DNA of 58,095 nucleotides from Pelomyxa schiedti (lineage: Eukaryota > Protista > Evosea): the NCBI GenBank assembly GCA_020536535.1, contig JAHLWZ010000140.1, positions 1 through 58,095 on the forward strand, given 5' to 3'. Under the pieces are notes generated by a model. It worked only from the letters and a program-made list of their open reading frames with translations. It was not told the DNA's origin and made no database searches. This document shows positions 26,501 through 38,900 of this stretch, one piece after another; position 1 is the first letter of the stretch, and each line of letters opens with the position of its first letter. Made by a program: the position numbers and the translations under genes.

Positions 26501-29500
26501 GTGGCAGTAGGCACACTTCATGACTCTTCAACTGAGAACACATCCTCTAACATGCAGTTTTCAATGAGATTTGTGCACCACTTCTTCCCAATATTCTTCA
26601 CCAAATTATCAGATGAAAATCTTCACAGTATCATATCCCAGACCCTCTGTAGTCACCATCAGCACCTACCACGTCCCATTCAAGATCTACAGTCTAAAAT
26701 TGCCACTTCATGTGTGCATCTCCTCCACAGATCCCAACGACAACTTTACCCAACAGCAAGCAAGCTTCATTACATCTTCACTCCAAATGATGTTTTTAAG
26801 GTGATTTGTGGGCTACTTAATGTTCCAGCTTCTGCCATTCCAAATTCAAATTCCATGATCAGATTGTGGTTTCATGAGTGTCTCCGAGTATTTTGCGATA
26901 AGCTTAACACCGAATCTGATTCCTCCCTACTGATCAAACTGCTGAGTTCTGTTCTTGAAGAAACGTTCCACATAGAGTTGCAAATGATAGTGAGCAATAA
27001 GAGTCGCATTTGGGAATCACCCCTATTCTCAGATGTCATTTCTGGCTCCTATTCTGAGGTTACAGATTTTGAGAGAGTGACTGAGGTTGTGAAGTCCCAT
27101 CTCACGGACTTCAACAACTCTGCTGAGATACCTCTTGAACTTCATCTTTTCCCTGAATCAGTGCAACATATATTACGTCTTCTCCGTGTGCTAAAGCATC
27201 AAGGAGGGCACATGTTATTGCTGGGAATGGGTGGAAGCGGAAGGCAATCAAACACCAGGCTGGCTGCACACATTGCTCAAATGCAAGTAGAACAACTCAG
27301 TACAGTGCGCCGATATTCCAAAACCCAGTGGAATGAAGATTTGAAACGAGTTATACGAAAGGCGGGCTTGCAATGTGTGCCGACAGTGTTTCTTCTTAAT
27401 GATACACAACTCACTAGTATGGCTTTTTTTGAGGACTTAACCAACCTTATCCATAATGGCAATATCCCCGATTTACTCTCCGTCGAGGATGTGGATGCAA
27501 TCACCCAATCAATGCGTGCTTCCAAAAACCCCACTCTCAATACAGAGCTTGCGTCCACTGAGAACCTTATGTCACAATTTACTGCACAACTGAAGACAAA
27601 CCTCCATGTTGTGTTGTGCATGAGCCCCTTTCAGAAGATATTCGCCACGAGTGTCTCACTTTTTACTCCTCTTTTCACAAATAGTATTCTGGATTGGTAT
27701 TACCCCTGGCCCGTGTCTGCCCTGAATATTATTTCCCTGGAGTCTCTTCGTGAATTCCCACTGGGGGGAGTGAAAAGTTGCAAAGTAGCTGATGCATGTG
27801 TTGCTATGCATAAAACTGTTGAAGATATTAGCAAAAAGTTCTTATCTGAAGGTGGATGTATACATTATGTAGTCTCATCACAGCACCTGGATTTCTTGCG
27901 CTTATTTAAAGACTGGTTCACCAAAAAACAATCAGAAAATCATTCCGCTTCCGCAAAACTTATCTCAGGCTTGGAGAAAGTCAAGTCACTGTCTGCAACT
28001 GTTCGAGAAATACAGGACACCATTGAGAAATTACTGCCTCAGCTATCGCAGATGTCAGCGGAAACTGATGACCTTTTATCAAGTTTAAGTAAAAAGTCTG
28101 CAGAGGCTGATGCAACCAAGGAACGGATACATCAGGAAGAAATGGAGATTGAAAAAGAAACTATTCAACAACAAGAGCTGCAGGTACAACAAGAGGAGCA
28201 ACTAAAACAAGCTCTGCCACTGTTGCAGGCTGCTGATAATGCTATACAACATCTATCCCGTAAGGAGATAAATGAAATAAAATCTCTTGCCAACCCACCT
28301 GCTGGGATGACTGTTGTAATTGAAGCACTGTGTATCATTTTCAACAGAAAGCCAAGGGTAGAAACAATGGGGAGTGCATGCGATTATTGGCCAGAGGCCA
28401 GAGCACTAATGGATGCCAACTTCATTTTCAAGCTCAGGCATTTTGCTAAAGAAGCAATTCCTGATGAAGCAATTGCAGCATTGAGGCCTTACCTTAGTAA
28501 ACCCCAGTTTCAACCTAGTGCAGTGGAGAGAGTGAACGCTTCACTTAAATCTCTTTGTTTGTGGATTAGAGCGATGGAGCGGTTCTACTGGATCCACAAG
28601 AGTGTAATTCCAATAAAACTGAAAGTTGAGCAAACTCACAACCGGATAGACGAGTTGCATAAGAAGGCTAATTTAAGCAAAGAAAAACTCGCCACTACTG
28701 AGCATACAATCTCACATCTTAGTACACAATATAAATGTGCAGTGGACAAAAAAATGAAAATGCAAGCCGATATAGAGTTCAATCAACTCAAGTTACAGAG
28801 AGCAAAGAATCTTCAAATGGGCTTGGCAAGTGAGCAGATTATTTGGCAGCAGCACATATCTGAGTTGAAACAACAGATGGACACAATGCTAGGAGATATC
28901 TTGCTATTTTGTGGTTGCATGACCTATTTAGGCGCGTTTACACCACAATACAGAGAGGAAACATTACACGAGTGGCAGACTTATTTAGGGTTGTGTGACA
29001 TCAAGTATTCTTCAGATTTCTCTCTCGTATCTATATTGGGCGATCCTATTAAAATTCGTGACTGGACTCTCAACGGCCTTCCATCTGATGCACACTCTAT
29101 CGACAATGGAGTGCTAATTACACTCTCCAGAACATGTTCCCTTATCCTGGATCCTGAAGGACAAGTTGTAAAATGGCTTGTAAACATTGAACTGAAGATA
29201 CCACACAACACCAACTTGATCACGGCATCTCCTACACCGCCTCTATCCCCTTTAGATGAAATAGGTGCCGCCAGTTCTTCTCATTCCTCACTACAAGTCA
29301 TAGATATAAACTCTCCTTCACTTCTTCTGATTTTGGAAACATGTGTCCAGTTTGGGCGGTCTCTATTGATTGAGGGAATTAGTGATGATATCGACCCAGT
29401 GCTTTTACCCCTGCTTACTTTTCTCCAGCGGTTTTCTTCCACAAGCTTGAGTGAAGGTGTAACAAGGATAGGGGACAAGGCAGTGACTGTAAACCCAGAC

Positions 29501-32500
29501 TTCAGACTCTATCTTTCAACAAAGAATTCTCGCATACATCTATCCCCAGAAACGTTCGCCAAAGTCAATCTGGTTAACTTTATAACCTCAGAGGAAAGTG
29601 TTGCTGAACAATTTCTTGCAAAAGGTGTAACATTGAACGTTTTAATGCTCCCTTACACTTAAGTATAGTTGTGAGTCATGAAGAAAAAAAGCTTGAAGAA
29701 GAAAGGCTGTACCTTATGAAAACCATCGTACAGCACAAGAAACAGCTTCAGGATCTGGATCAAGAAGTTCTGACTAAGCTGTACGCCGCTCAAGGAGACA
29801 TTCTTTCTGATGAAAAGTTAGTTGATGTTTTATTCAGCACTAAGAAGACAAGTGAGGAGGTACAACAATCTCTCACCCAACGCAATTCAGTGCTAACTTC
29901 CACAAGATTCACAAACAGCTGGAGGCAGCAGAGAAAATTGGTGTACAAATAAGTAGTGCTCTTGCCGGCTATCAACCTGTGGCAAAGCATGCCGGGTATC
30001 TCTACTGCACCGCTGCGAAACTGAGTAGGATCAATTGCATGTATCAGTTTTCACTGGATTGGTTTTCAGATCTTTTTGATGCTGTTTTGGCCATTCCACA
30101 CACATCGGCCACACTGACCCAAAGAATAGCATTTCTTAATTCATCAATGACTCAAGAGGTGTATTTGCATGTCTGCCGAGGGATATTTGAGCCACACAAA
30201 TTAATCTTTTCTTTTTTACTTGCTGCAAATGGATTGCAGCTCTTGGGTAGCCTTAAATTTGCTGAGTGGAAATTATTCTTGAATTTTGGAGGAAATCACC
30301 AAAATGACAGTGTTGCAGTACAAAGGCCTACCCCTTTAGCGGATACCATTTCGACTTTGCAATGGGAGTCTGTTTGCAAACTTATTTCTATACCTTCAAT
30401 AAGTGCCAACTTGGTCACATCCATGCAAGAGTTTCCCAAATTTTGGAAGGAATTTATTGGTTCTTCGACACCAGAACTTATGTCCCTTCCTTCTGGATGG
30501 TGCTTGCAATGCACACCTCTATCCAGTTTACTCCTTATAAAAGCTCTACGTCCAGAAAGAATGAAGGAAGCCATTCAACAATTTGTGATCCAGCACCTAG
30601 GAAAGCAATATGTTGAGCCACCTCAGTTGGATATTGGTTTCTCTTTACGTTTCTCCCGACCTCAGAAGCCACTCATTTTTATCTTAAGTTCTGCATTTGA
30701 CCCTACTTCTCTGGTATTGCATCCCTTTATCCTATCACTCATTCAGCTAGATATACGAATTTGCTGAGCAGCAAGAAACACCTCAGCGTGTAGTAACCAT
30801 TTCCTTAGGAGGCGACACAGGGGTAACAGCAGCCAAAGCAGTTAGCCAAGCAATTGATCGGGGGGATTGGGTGTTGCTACAAAATTGCCATCTGGTCCCT
30901 TCATGGTTCCCTGAACTAGAAAATATTGTGCACTCGATTCCTTCTGATAGAGTTCACCATAGGTTGATCAACCCAATACCACATATACCCTTTTATTTAT
31001 TGTTTCCACCAGATTTCGATTGTGGCTTACAACTAAGCCACACCCAGAATTTCCCGTCTCTGTCCTTCAGAGTGCCGTTAAAATCACCAATCAACCTCCC
31101 AGCGGTATACGGGCTAATTTACTTAGGGCATTTTCTGCTTTTGATGCAACCCTATTAGTTGAAAATATGAGGAACACTCTCTGGCACAAGTTACTCTTCA
31201 GCGTTTGCTTTTTCCATTCAATTTTGATTGAGAGATTCAAGTTTGGGCCACTGGGATGGTACCCAATTACACAAGGAACTTTCATTTACTAGCAAAAGGA
31301 ATAAAACCTATGAATTCAGTGACACTGATTTACACATTTCTCAGCGATTACTGACGTTTCTTGAGACTGATGACACAGAGCAGCCCACTCCTAGCGGGGA
31401 GCTTCTTCACATCATCAAGTTAACAAGGACCCATACCGCCCCTTGCACTTCTGACTTAGAAAAAAGGTATTTGGCACTCGAATGTGTATATGGAGGGTAC
31501 ATATCAGAACCCTTTGATAGAAGACTTCTGGCAACCATAGGAAATGAAATTTTTTCTGTTCAAGTTATGCAATCCAACTACAAGTTCAGTACTTCAGGGA
31601 AATATTATTGCCCTGAACCAGGAACAATTGAGGACTATCTGGTTCATTCTCAAAAATTGTGAAAGTGCTTCTAACATCAAATAGGAGTACATTCGCGGTT
31701 TACCTCTCAACGATGACGCCGAAGTATTTGATATGCACGATAATGCCAACATGACGTGTACTTTAAACGAGGCCAAAGAGATGTTCGAAACATTGCTTCA
31801 ATGCACTTCCTTCAGTACGCTGTCAACAGAGGAAGAGAAATTTGCTCTTGACATAGTAGATGGTAGGTTTTTGTTGGCTCAAACAAAAACTTAACGTTTT
31901 ATTGGCAGACTTCTTGAAACGGTTACCTCAAACACTGGATATTGTTGCGGTTGAATCTGCCATTTGTGATCTCAAATCCATTTTGCGCAAGGAAGTAGAA
32001 AATTACAATGAGCTCCTCAAGGTGGTACACATATCACTTAGCCACCTTAGACGTGCCCTTTGCGGTGCAATTCAGTATACTTCAGGGCTCCAGGTAATAC
32101 GCCAGGAATTGATCCACGGGATGGTTCCTAAGTTCTGGGCACACAGTTCTTATTTAAGGTTGCAAGTTTTTTTACTCGTATCTTGTTCTGATTGCACCAA
32201 GTTCAAAACCGCTGGGGGTTTGGTTCAATGACCTCATTTTGAGGGTTGGCTTCTTTCATAATTGGATACGCAATGGGACTCCAACTTCTTTTTGGCTTGG
32301 TGCCTTCTTTCACCCGAACTCCTTTGTAACAGGTACGCAGAAAGTCCAACACCAACCGCCAATATTACCCAATGCCAGGAGTAATGCAAGAATACGCAAA
32401 GAGCCTGAAGATCCCCCTTGACCGCATCGAAATGTCCACAGAAGTTCTTACCGGCGATTCCGCATCTCCACCCACAAGCGGTCCAATAATCCACGGTTTG

Positions 32501-32891
32501 TTCTTGGAAGGGGCATCCTGGGATGGCACACACCTTGCCAGATGTCCGCCAAAACAGCTGTATTTCAATTTCCCTCCCATTCAGTTTGTGCCCACAGCGG
32601 AACCACTTGACCACACTCACCGCGAAGTCTGTAGAAATGTATATAGATGCCCGCTGTACATAACTCAAGATAGAACAGGTTCACTGGATTTCCCTCTCCT
32701 TTTCAACCCTCAAACCACCTCCAAAGCAAAAACAACTTTCTCACACTTACAATTTCGTTGACATAGGCCCAATGACTTCCAGTGGACAGTCATCAAATTA
32801 TGTTATGACTGTCACACTGCCCACAAAACTTCCGGAAAACCACTGGATCAAAGCCGGCACAGCACTTTTTTGCCAAATCACGAACGAGTGA
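17511..32891 (+). CDS. DNAH1: Axonemal single-headed inner-arm dynein heavy chain, DNAH1-like; many short introns
   Basis: DNAH1-type tail (PLDYFDD..F..KSPQEWL; [17 protein letters not shown]), linker (RQRHWEAI), AAA1 GPAGTGKT and [11 protein letters not shown]2 [11 protein letters not shown]3 [11 protein letters not shown]4 GMGGSGRQS, stalk coiled coil, and C-terminus [23 protein letters not shown] ending at TGA 32889-32891. The 5' exons (17511-18300) are less certain. Confidence 0.93.
20165..20216 (+). other. Candidate U12-type (minor) intron inside the dynein gene
   Basis: The donor GTATCCTT is required to remove an in-frame TGA; the other phase-1 donor creates TAA. A TCCTTTAC branch-like motif has its A 10 nt before the AG. 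Confidence 0.4.
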
Positions 32892-32970
32892 ACAAGAACA
32901 AGTATTTTCAGAGCAAAAAAAAAGTTCTTTTTATCAAATGGTACAACTGTACAAAAGGCTTTAGGGAGTT

Positions 32971-35900
32971 TTAGTTTCCATCAATGCTGTCCTCATCACT
33001 GCTGGACTTCCATGAGCCGTTTGGTGGGGGTACTGATTTCTGTAGTGGTGGCTGTGTCAGCTTTTGTGTAGATGGAGAGGGCACAAGGGGTGGTTGCTGG
33101 GGTGGAGGTGGTTGTTGTTGTGTTGGTGGTGTTTGCATTTGCGGCTGCGTGTTCATGCAGCTGCGTGCTACAGATTCGAAGAGTTTCTCTATCTCTGGAG
33201 CACACCGGGTGAAACTGTGGGACCAGAAGCTATAACGAGGATTCTTGATCAGCTCAATGAATGTAATTAAAAGCCCCCAAGGGTGGGGGCGGCTGACTAC
33301 AAGTCTCTCAAGAAGAACCCTATGCACTGTGAGGATGAATTGTAACTGATGGAGGTGACCTACCTGGTTATCTGTTCTTGAATGATTTCGTGGGGTGCCT
33401 CTGCAAACAAGTACAGTAATACACAGCTGAAATAATGGGTGTGGGTGTTGGGATACCGCAGCTGATTAGCAATCGCGTTTAAGAACAAGAATCTTCCTAT
33501 TGCACATATCTTAGTTGGTCCTTGATAGGTGATTAATTGTGAACCTTCGTTGTCCAGGTACATGATTAAAAATTGGAAAATCCCCATTGGTGCTGTCTGT
33601 GAGATATTGGATGACTGCCCGTTTTTGTTATGCAGATTGGAAATGGCCTGACGGAAGATTTAATGACAGTAACAACAGAAGTGAAGAGACCTGCATTCCA
33701 ACATAAAGAACCAAGGAGTTGATTAGTGGCACGATGTATTTAGTGTTTTGTCTTAAAGCTTCCTCCCCAGGCAAAAGCAATCTAACAGATGTTATCACAA
33801 CTCAAGTAAAGGGAATAGAATCACTTTGCAGGCAGCTCAAACAGAAAGTTGACTGGTTGCCCAGTTTTGAGGTAGTTGTCCAAATCGACCTTTATACTGG
33901 ATAAACTTTGAACATAGTTCGACCTCACTTGAGGTGAAGACTGGATTTCGGGCAACAAATCGACCTGGAAGCAACAAGATCAGAACCCTCAAAAAAAAAA
34001 AAAAAGACAACGCCGGAGCACCTTAAGATTGGGGGTGAAAGGATCAGGCAGCCGCATGTTAGTAGGGTATGCACTCAATATGAGGTTTCTCATTTGAATG
34101 CAGGTGGATGGAATCACATCACAGAAGCTGAAGTGGAAGTCGCACAAGAACTCTGGGAAGTCATGAAGGAGCACCAGCAGTACACGCAAGGTTCCTTTGT
34201 ACAACATCCTTATGGCTTCGTTCATCTCCGCACTGCGCAAATGCGGTTCCATAAACTTGAGCAATTCGACAAGAAGCCTTTGCATCATCACCCAGCCCTG
34301 CAAAGATTGAGAACCAGGTTATTTTCTTAAAACAAAGAAACCTTTTGTCCTCTTGTAAAAAGTAACTTCGGCATAAACATCCGATGGCTTATCAACTCCA
34401 ACCAGGCAAACGTGAACCCGGGTACTTGGGATGGGTGCAATGCCAAGAAGAGTTGCCCAAACGAAATAAGCACCTGCTGTGCGAAAAGGTCACTACTGTT
34501 TTCGACTTGATGGAACTCCATGAGCCACAGTTCGAAGAGTCGGAAGTAGGGTCTTTGGTTGAACTGTTTTAGAGTGAGCGAGGTAAAAATAAGCGTAACA
34601 AGAATACTTCTTGTTTCCGCTCCTCATGGTCTTTCTGCAAAACTTTGGCAACAATTCCCATGACACGATTCAGCATGGCCCCTTTGGCTGCAGCATGTTG
34701 TTCTGGGATGCACTTTGTAACAAGTACCACAATCAGCTTCCCAAAGGCATCAACTTGTTGGTACTGGTGTAGAATTAGATCTTCGCAAAGTAGATTACAA
34801 TGATACGGGAGAATCTGACGTGGGTTCCCTAGAGCAGTAATTCTGTACACATAGTTCCACACAGACTCTGAAAAAGCGTTCCTGTATTTCCTCTGTTTTG
34901 AACATGGCTTGGACTTGCGGTTGACCAAGGAAAGCTGCACAGGCCTTTGTGGTTGCTGAAGTGCTTGCTACAGAACTCCCCAAACTACTTGCGGTACCAG
35001 AAGGATTGTGCTGCGTTAGAGTGGCGCACCATTCTTTAAGAAGTGAGTTGACTTGTTCCTTGAACCCTGGAGGGTCGATTACATCACCTTGGTCAATCTT
35101 GAATTGATTAGTCGTTATCAGAAGGTGGAGGGAGGCACTACTATTCCGCTACTTGAGGACCGTATTTTGATTCTGTCATCTTTTGGGGGTGGCTGTTTTC
35201 CTGCCTCCTCCAGTAACTTGTACAATTGGTTGAAAAACCTTTCCACATGATTAGTATGAGAGGCAGAAATTGTGAACCAATACCTATCATGCTGATTAGA
35301 CTTACACAGTCTATCCAGAAGACCACAGGTGTTTGGGATGTCAGCAACACATATGCTATGACTCTCAATTACACAAGACTGCACTACACTAGCAGCAAGC
35401 TCAACACAACTTCGCTTGTCTCCGTTGTCAATGATGTGGAGTAAATAGGAGTCAAGATCGGACAGAAGCACGAGGTGCGAGTTAATGAGACCTACAAGAA
35501 TGTCTTTGTTCAGCTTCGTCTAAAAAAAGGTTAGGGGAGGTAATGCTAGAAGGAAATTACAGTGTCATCAATCTTGGTAAGTAAGCTTGTTATTACTTCA
35601 AGCACAACCCGCTTGCATAAATCGGCCAACACCTCAAGCATTGCTAGATACACATCCCGGTGCAAAATGGTATTACTTTGATAGAGATTGGTAAATATCC
35701 TTTGAGTGAAAACTACAGCTGTAGCATCGCCAACACCACCGGAGTTTCCTGAAGAAGATTGCACAACGAGAGTTCCAACGCTAGCGATAAGTTGATGGAG
35801 GGCATGATCTTGGTGAATATAGGCCAGATGTATCTTGGGTTTGGTGAGTCCAAATGAGAGCACGGGGACCCAACCTCTCCTTCTGGCATTCCTGCAATAT

Positions 35901-38900
35901 CAGGGGGGTGCATAGACACCGTCATAATTACTTTATCGATTTCATTCATAAGAATCTGGCAGCAAAGTCAGTAATTCTCGAAATAGAAAGGCCATACATT
36001 AAATCTTTCCATAACTTCGTGAGGTACTTTGGCCGTGTTTGTGCCCTCCAACTCCCCATCCAGCTAAAATGGTAATCAGTTAATTTACCAGCTAAGTCAA
36101 TAAAAAAGGTTTCCTCCTACCTTGGATTGTTGTTCTGTTTGAGGGTTAAATAATTGATTGATGTTAAGTGTAAATGGCATACCAGATTTCTGTTGATTTT
36201 GAAGTGGCACATTGGCGAACTCTTCATATACTTGCAGCTTGTTTTGATGATCATTATGATTGACAACTAGAAGAAAGTCACTACCTGCTGAGGGGAAAGC
36301 CCGCCTGGTTTAGGGCACAATGACTCAGGCAACATTGGTCTTGAAGATATTTGACTGACATCTACAAATGCTTGGCTGGACGAACATCAGAATTCATAAG
36401 CAGCAATAAATAGTTTTGTACCCCATTTCTCGTGCCTTTCTACGTGATGCAAGAGCTTTGGAAAATGCTTGCTCTGTATCTTGAATGGCTTTGTCTATGG
36501 CAGCCTTTTCAATGAAGGAACAAGCCATCTCCAAATTGTCACTGCAAATAGTTTGCACAGCTTGATCCAAGAGTTGTTGCTGATGTTGGAGCTGTTGAGC
36601 CTGGGGGAAAAAAAAAAGCAAAGTGAGAAAAGAAAGGGTAGGTCATACTACACACATCCAATCCCTGCAATGTTGGGAGCAAGAAAGCACGTAGGTGGTT
36701 CATCATGCTTACTCGTAGGGGATCTTTACAGGTCACCAACGCTAGACTTCCTACGTTGCTGTATTCAGTTTTACGGAGAGGTGTTAGAATCCACACCTGC
36801 TAAACTCTGTACCATGAGATGGGCAGCGCGGCGCATCTTTGTTTCATCAGGTTCGAGTGCAAAATCTTTCATGCACAAGTGCTGTGTTGTAAGGCATCCA
36901 ATTGTCACAGAACGTTCAACAACAGGTGTTATAATCTTTATAGATTCAGCGTTGTTGAGTTTGAAGAACCTTGCGAACCTCACGAATGGCTTTGTCAACG
37001 GCAAGTGTCACAAGTGAGACTAACTGTGGAGTTTGCGTCAGTGGAACACTTGGTACAACATGTATGTATGACTGCAAATCAGGAACAATCATCTCTACAT
37101 TGCGTTAACTTGAAAGCTTAAAGGCTATGGATAAAACCTGTGGCTCCCTTGCTCTCAGGATATTTGGATGCAATAGACTGTGCTGACTGCTCCTCTTTTT
37201 GCTGAGCACTGAGATTGACAGGTATTTGTTGAGATTGCACTGGCTGCTGCGCATTTGGAGACAACTGCTGTGCCACTGTTTGTTGAGGAGGTTGCTGCTG
37301 TGGTGGTACTTGCTGCGGCAATACCTCTTGTTGTGCCTGCGCCGAAGACTGTGCGAGTGTTTGCGCTTGGGCCTGTTGGGCCTGTTGTGCCTGAGCCCGG
37401 GCCTGGGCTTGGGCTTCAGCTTGCTGTTGTTGAAGCTGTTTCTGCTGTTGTGCCGCAAGTGCAGCTTGCTGTATAGCAGCCAATCTTTCCCCTAGCTGAG
37501 GGGACGACTTGAAAGCTGATCTACCGTAAGAAAAAAGGGATTTGTTGAAAAAAAAAAACGTACAGCTGAGATTCACATTGAAGGCTTTGAACAAAAATTC
37601 AACTTCGAATACGACATTTTGCTTTATCCCTTGAAGATGGTGAATCTCGGCAGCTACTCGTAATAGTGCAGTAACCCAAGGATTTGGTAATTTGAAGACT
37701 TTGGACTTCACGGCATGCTCTAGAATCTGACGCGTTAACTGCATCATTCCAAGAAGTTTCCCATTGTCAATAGACTGGATAAGTAAATCCTTAAAACATG
37801 GACATGTGAATACAAAACATCAATGGATGGTGGGTTACCTTTAACGGTAAATCTTTCGACAAAATGGGTTTGTTTCTTGCCAGAGTGCTCAACCCAAGCC
37901 AGTTCCCCAGTGCTCGTAAGAACTGTCTTTCAGGTGACACTTCAGCAGCAATTTCATTTGAATTTAGGAGAGAGTGTATGTGCTCATATGTTTGCCTGTA
38001 AGTAGAATGAATTAATCGATCAAGACTAAAGTAGTCCAGCAAGGTACTTGAGAATTCGATGCGTGAGAGAAAGGTTATTCAATCCATCTACAAATGATCT
38101 GTACAGTGACACGTTCGTGCTTTCAGCGCATAGCCGTTTGGAAACCAGGTATTGAGCCATGTAGTCAATGTAATCTGGCTTGAGAAGTTCTCTCATTTCA
38201 GACACCTTATCGGATTTAGCAAACTGGAACATGCCATAAATATTTACCTTGACGTCCAAATTGGTTGGAGCCAAGTTGTTAATCAAAAAGTGTATCCTAT
38301 CGATGACGGCTGTCGGGGGTGTGCACTGTGAAATCTCGGTTAGTAAAGGAAGAGTGTAGGAAGACAGTACAAATTTGTCCGCAACTGTTTGCTGTGATTC
38401 TGAGTGTGACTGGTGAAGTTTTAGACCAAGTTAATTACTGGGCACTTACATATTGGGGTGGGATAGCCTCAACTGCAGTCGCATATTGAGCAATTGGAGT
38501 TACAACATCTGTATGCATAAGGTTTAATACTTTTACAAAGCGGAATGAATGTACTTGGGACTTGAGGAGAACTGGATAGAGGTCGCTCTTCAGATCTGGG
38601 AGGTGGTACCGGGGGAGACATAGCTGAAAGTGGTTTGGTGGAGTTAAGGGCAGGGTCAGGTGGAGGTTGTGCGAAAGAAGAAACTGTTGTTGCACTAGGC
38701 GGAGTATGCTGGGTGGTGAAGGATGTTGGCAACGGTGGTGACATAGAGTTTGGCCGGGAGCTGATGGGTGGTGCTGTTTGACGTGGGGAAACTGTACGAG
38801 GTGGTGGTGTTTGACGCGGAGAGGAAGGTTGCGAGTTATTCTGAGTCTGCTGTGCGAGTAGGGCTTTGTAGTTTTGCATATCACTATCGGAGATTTCCGA

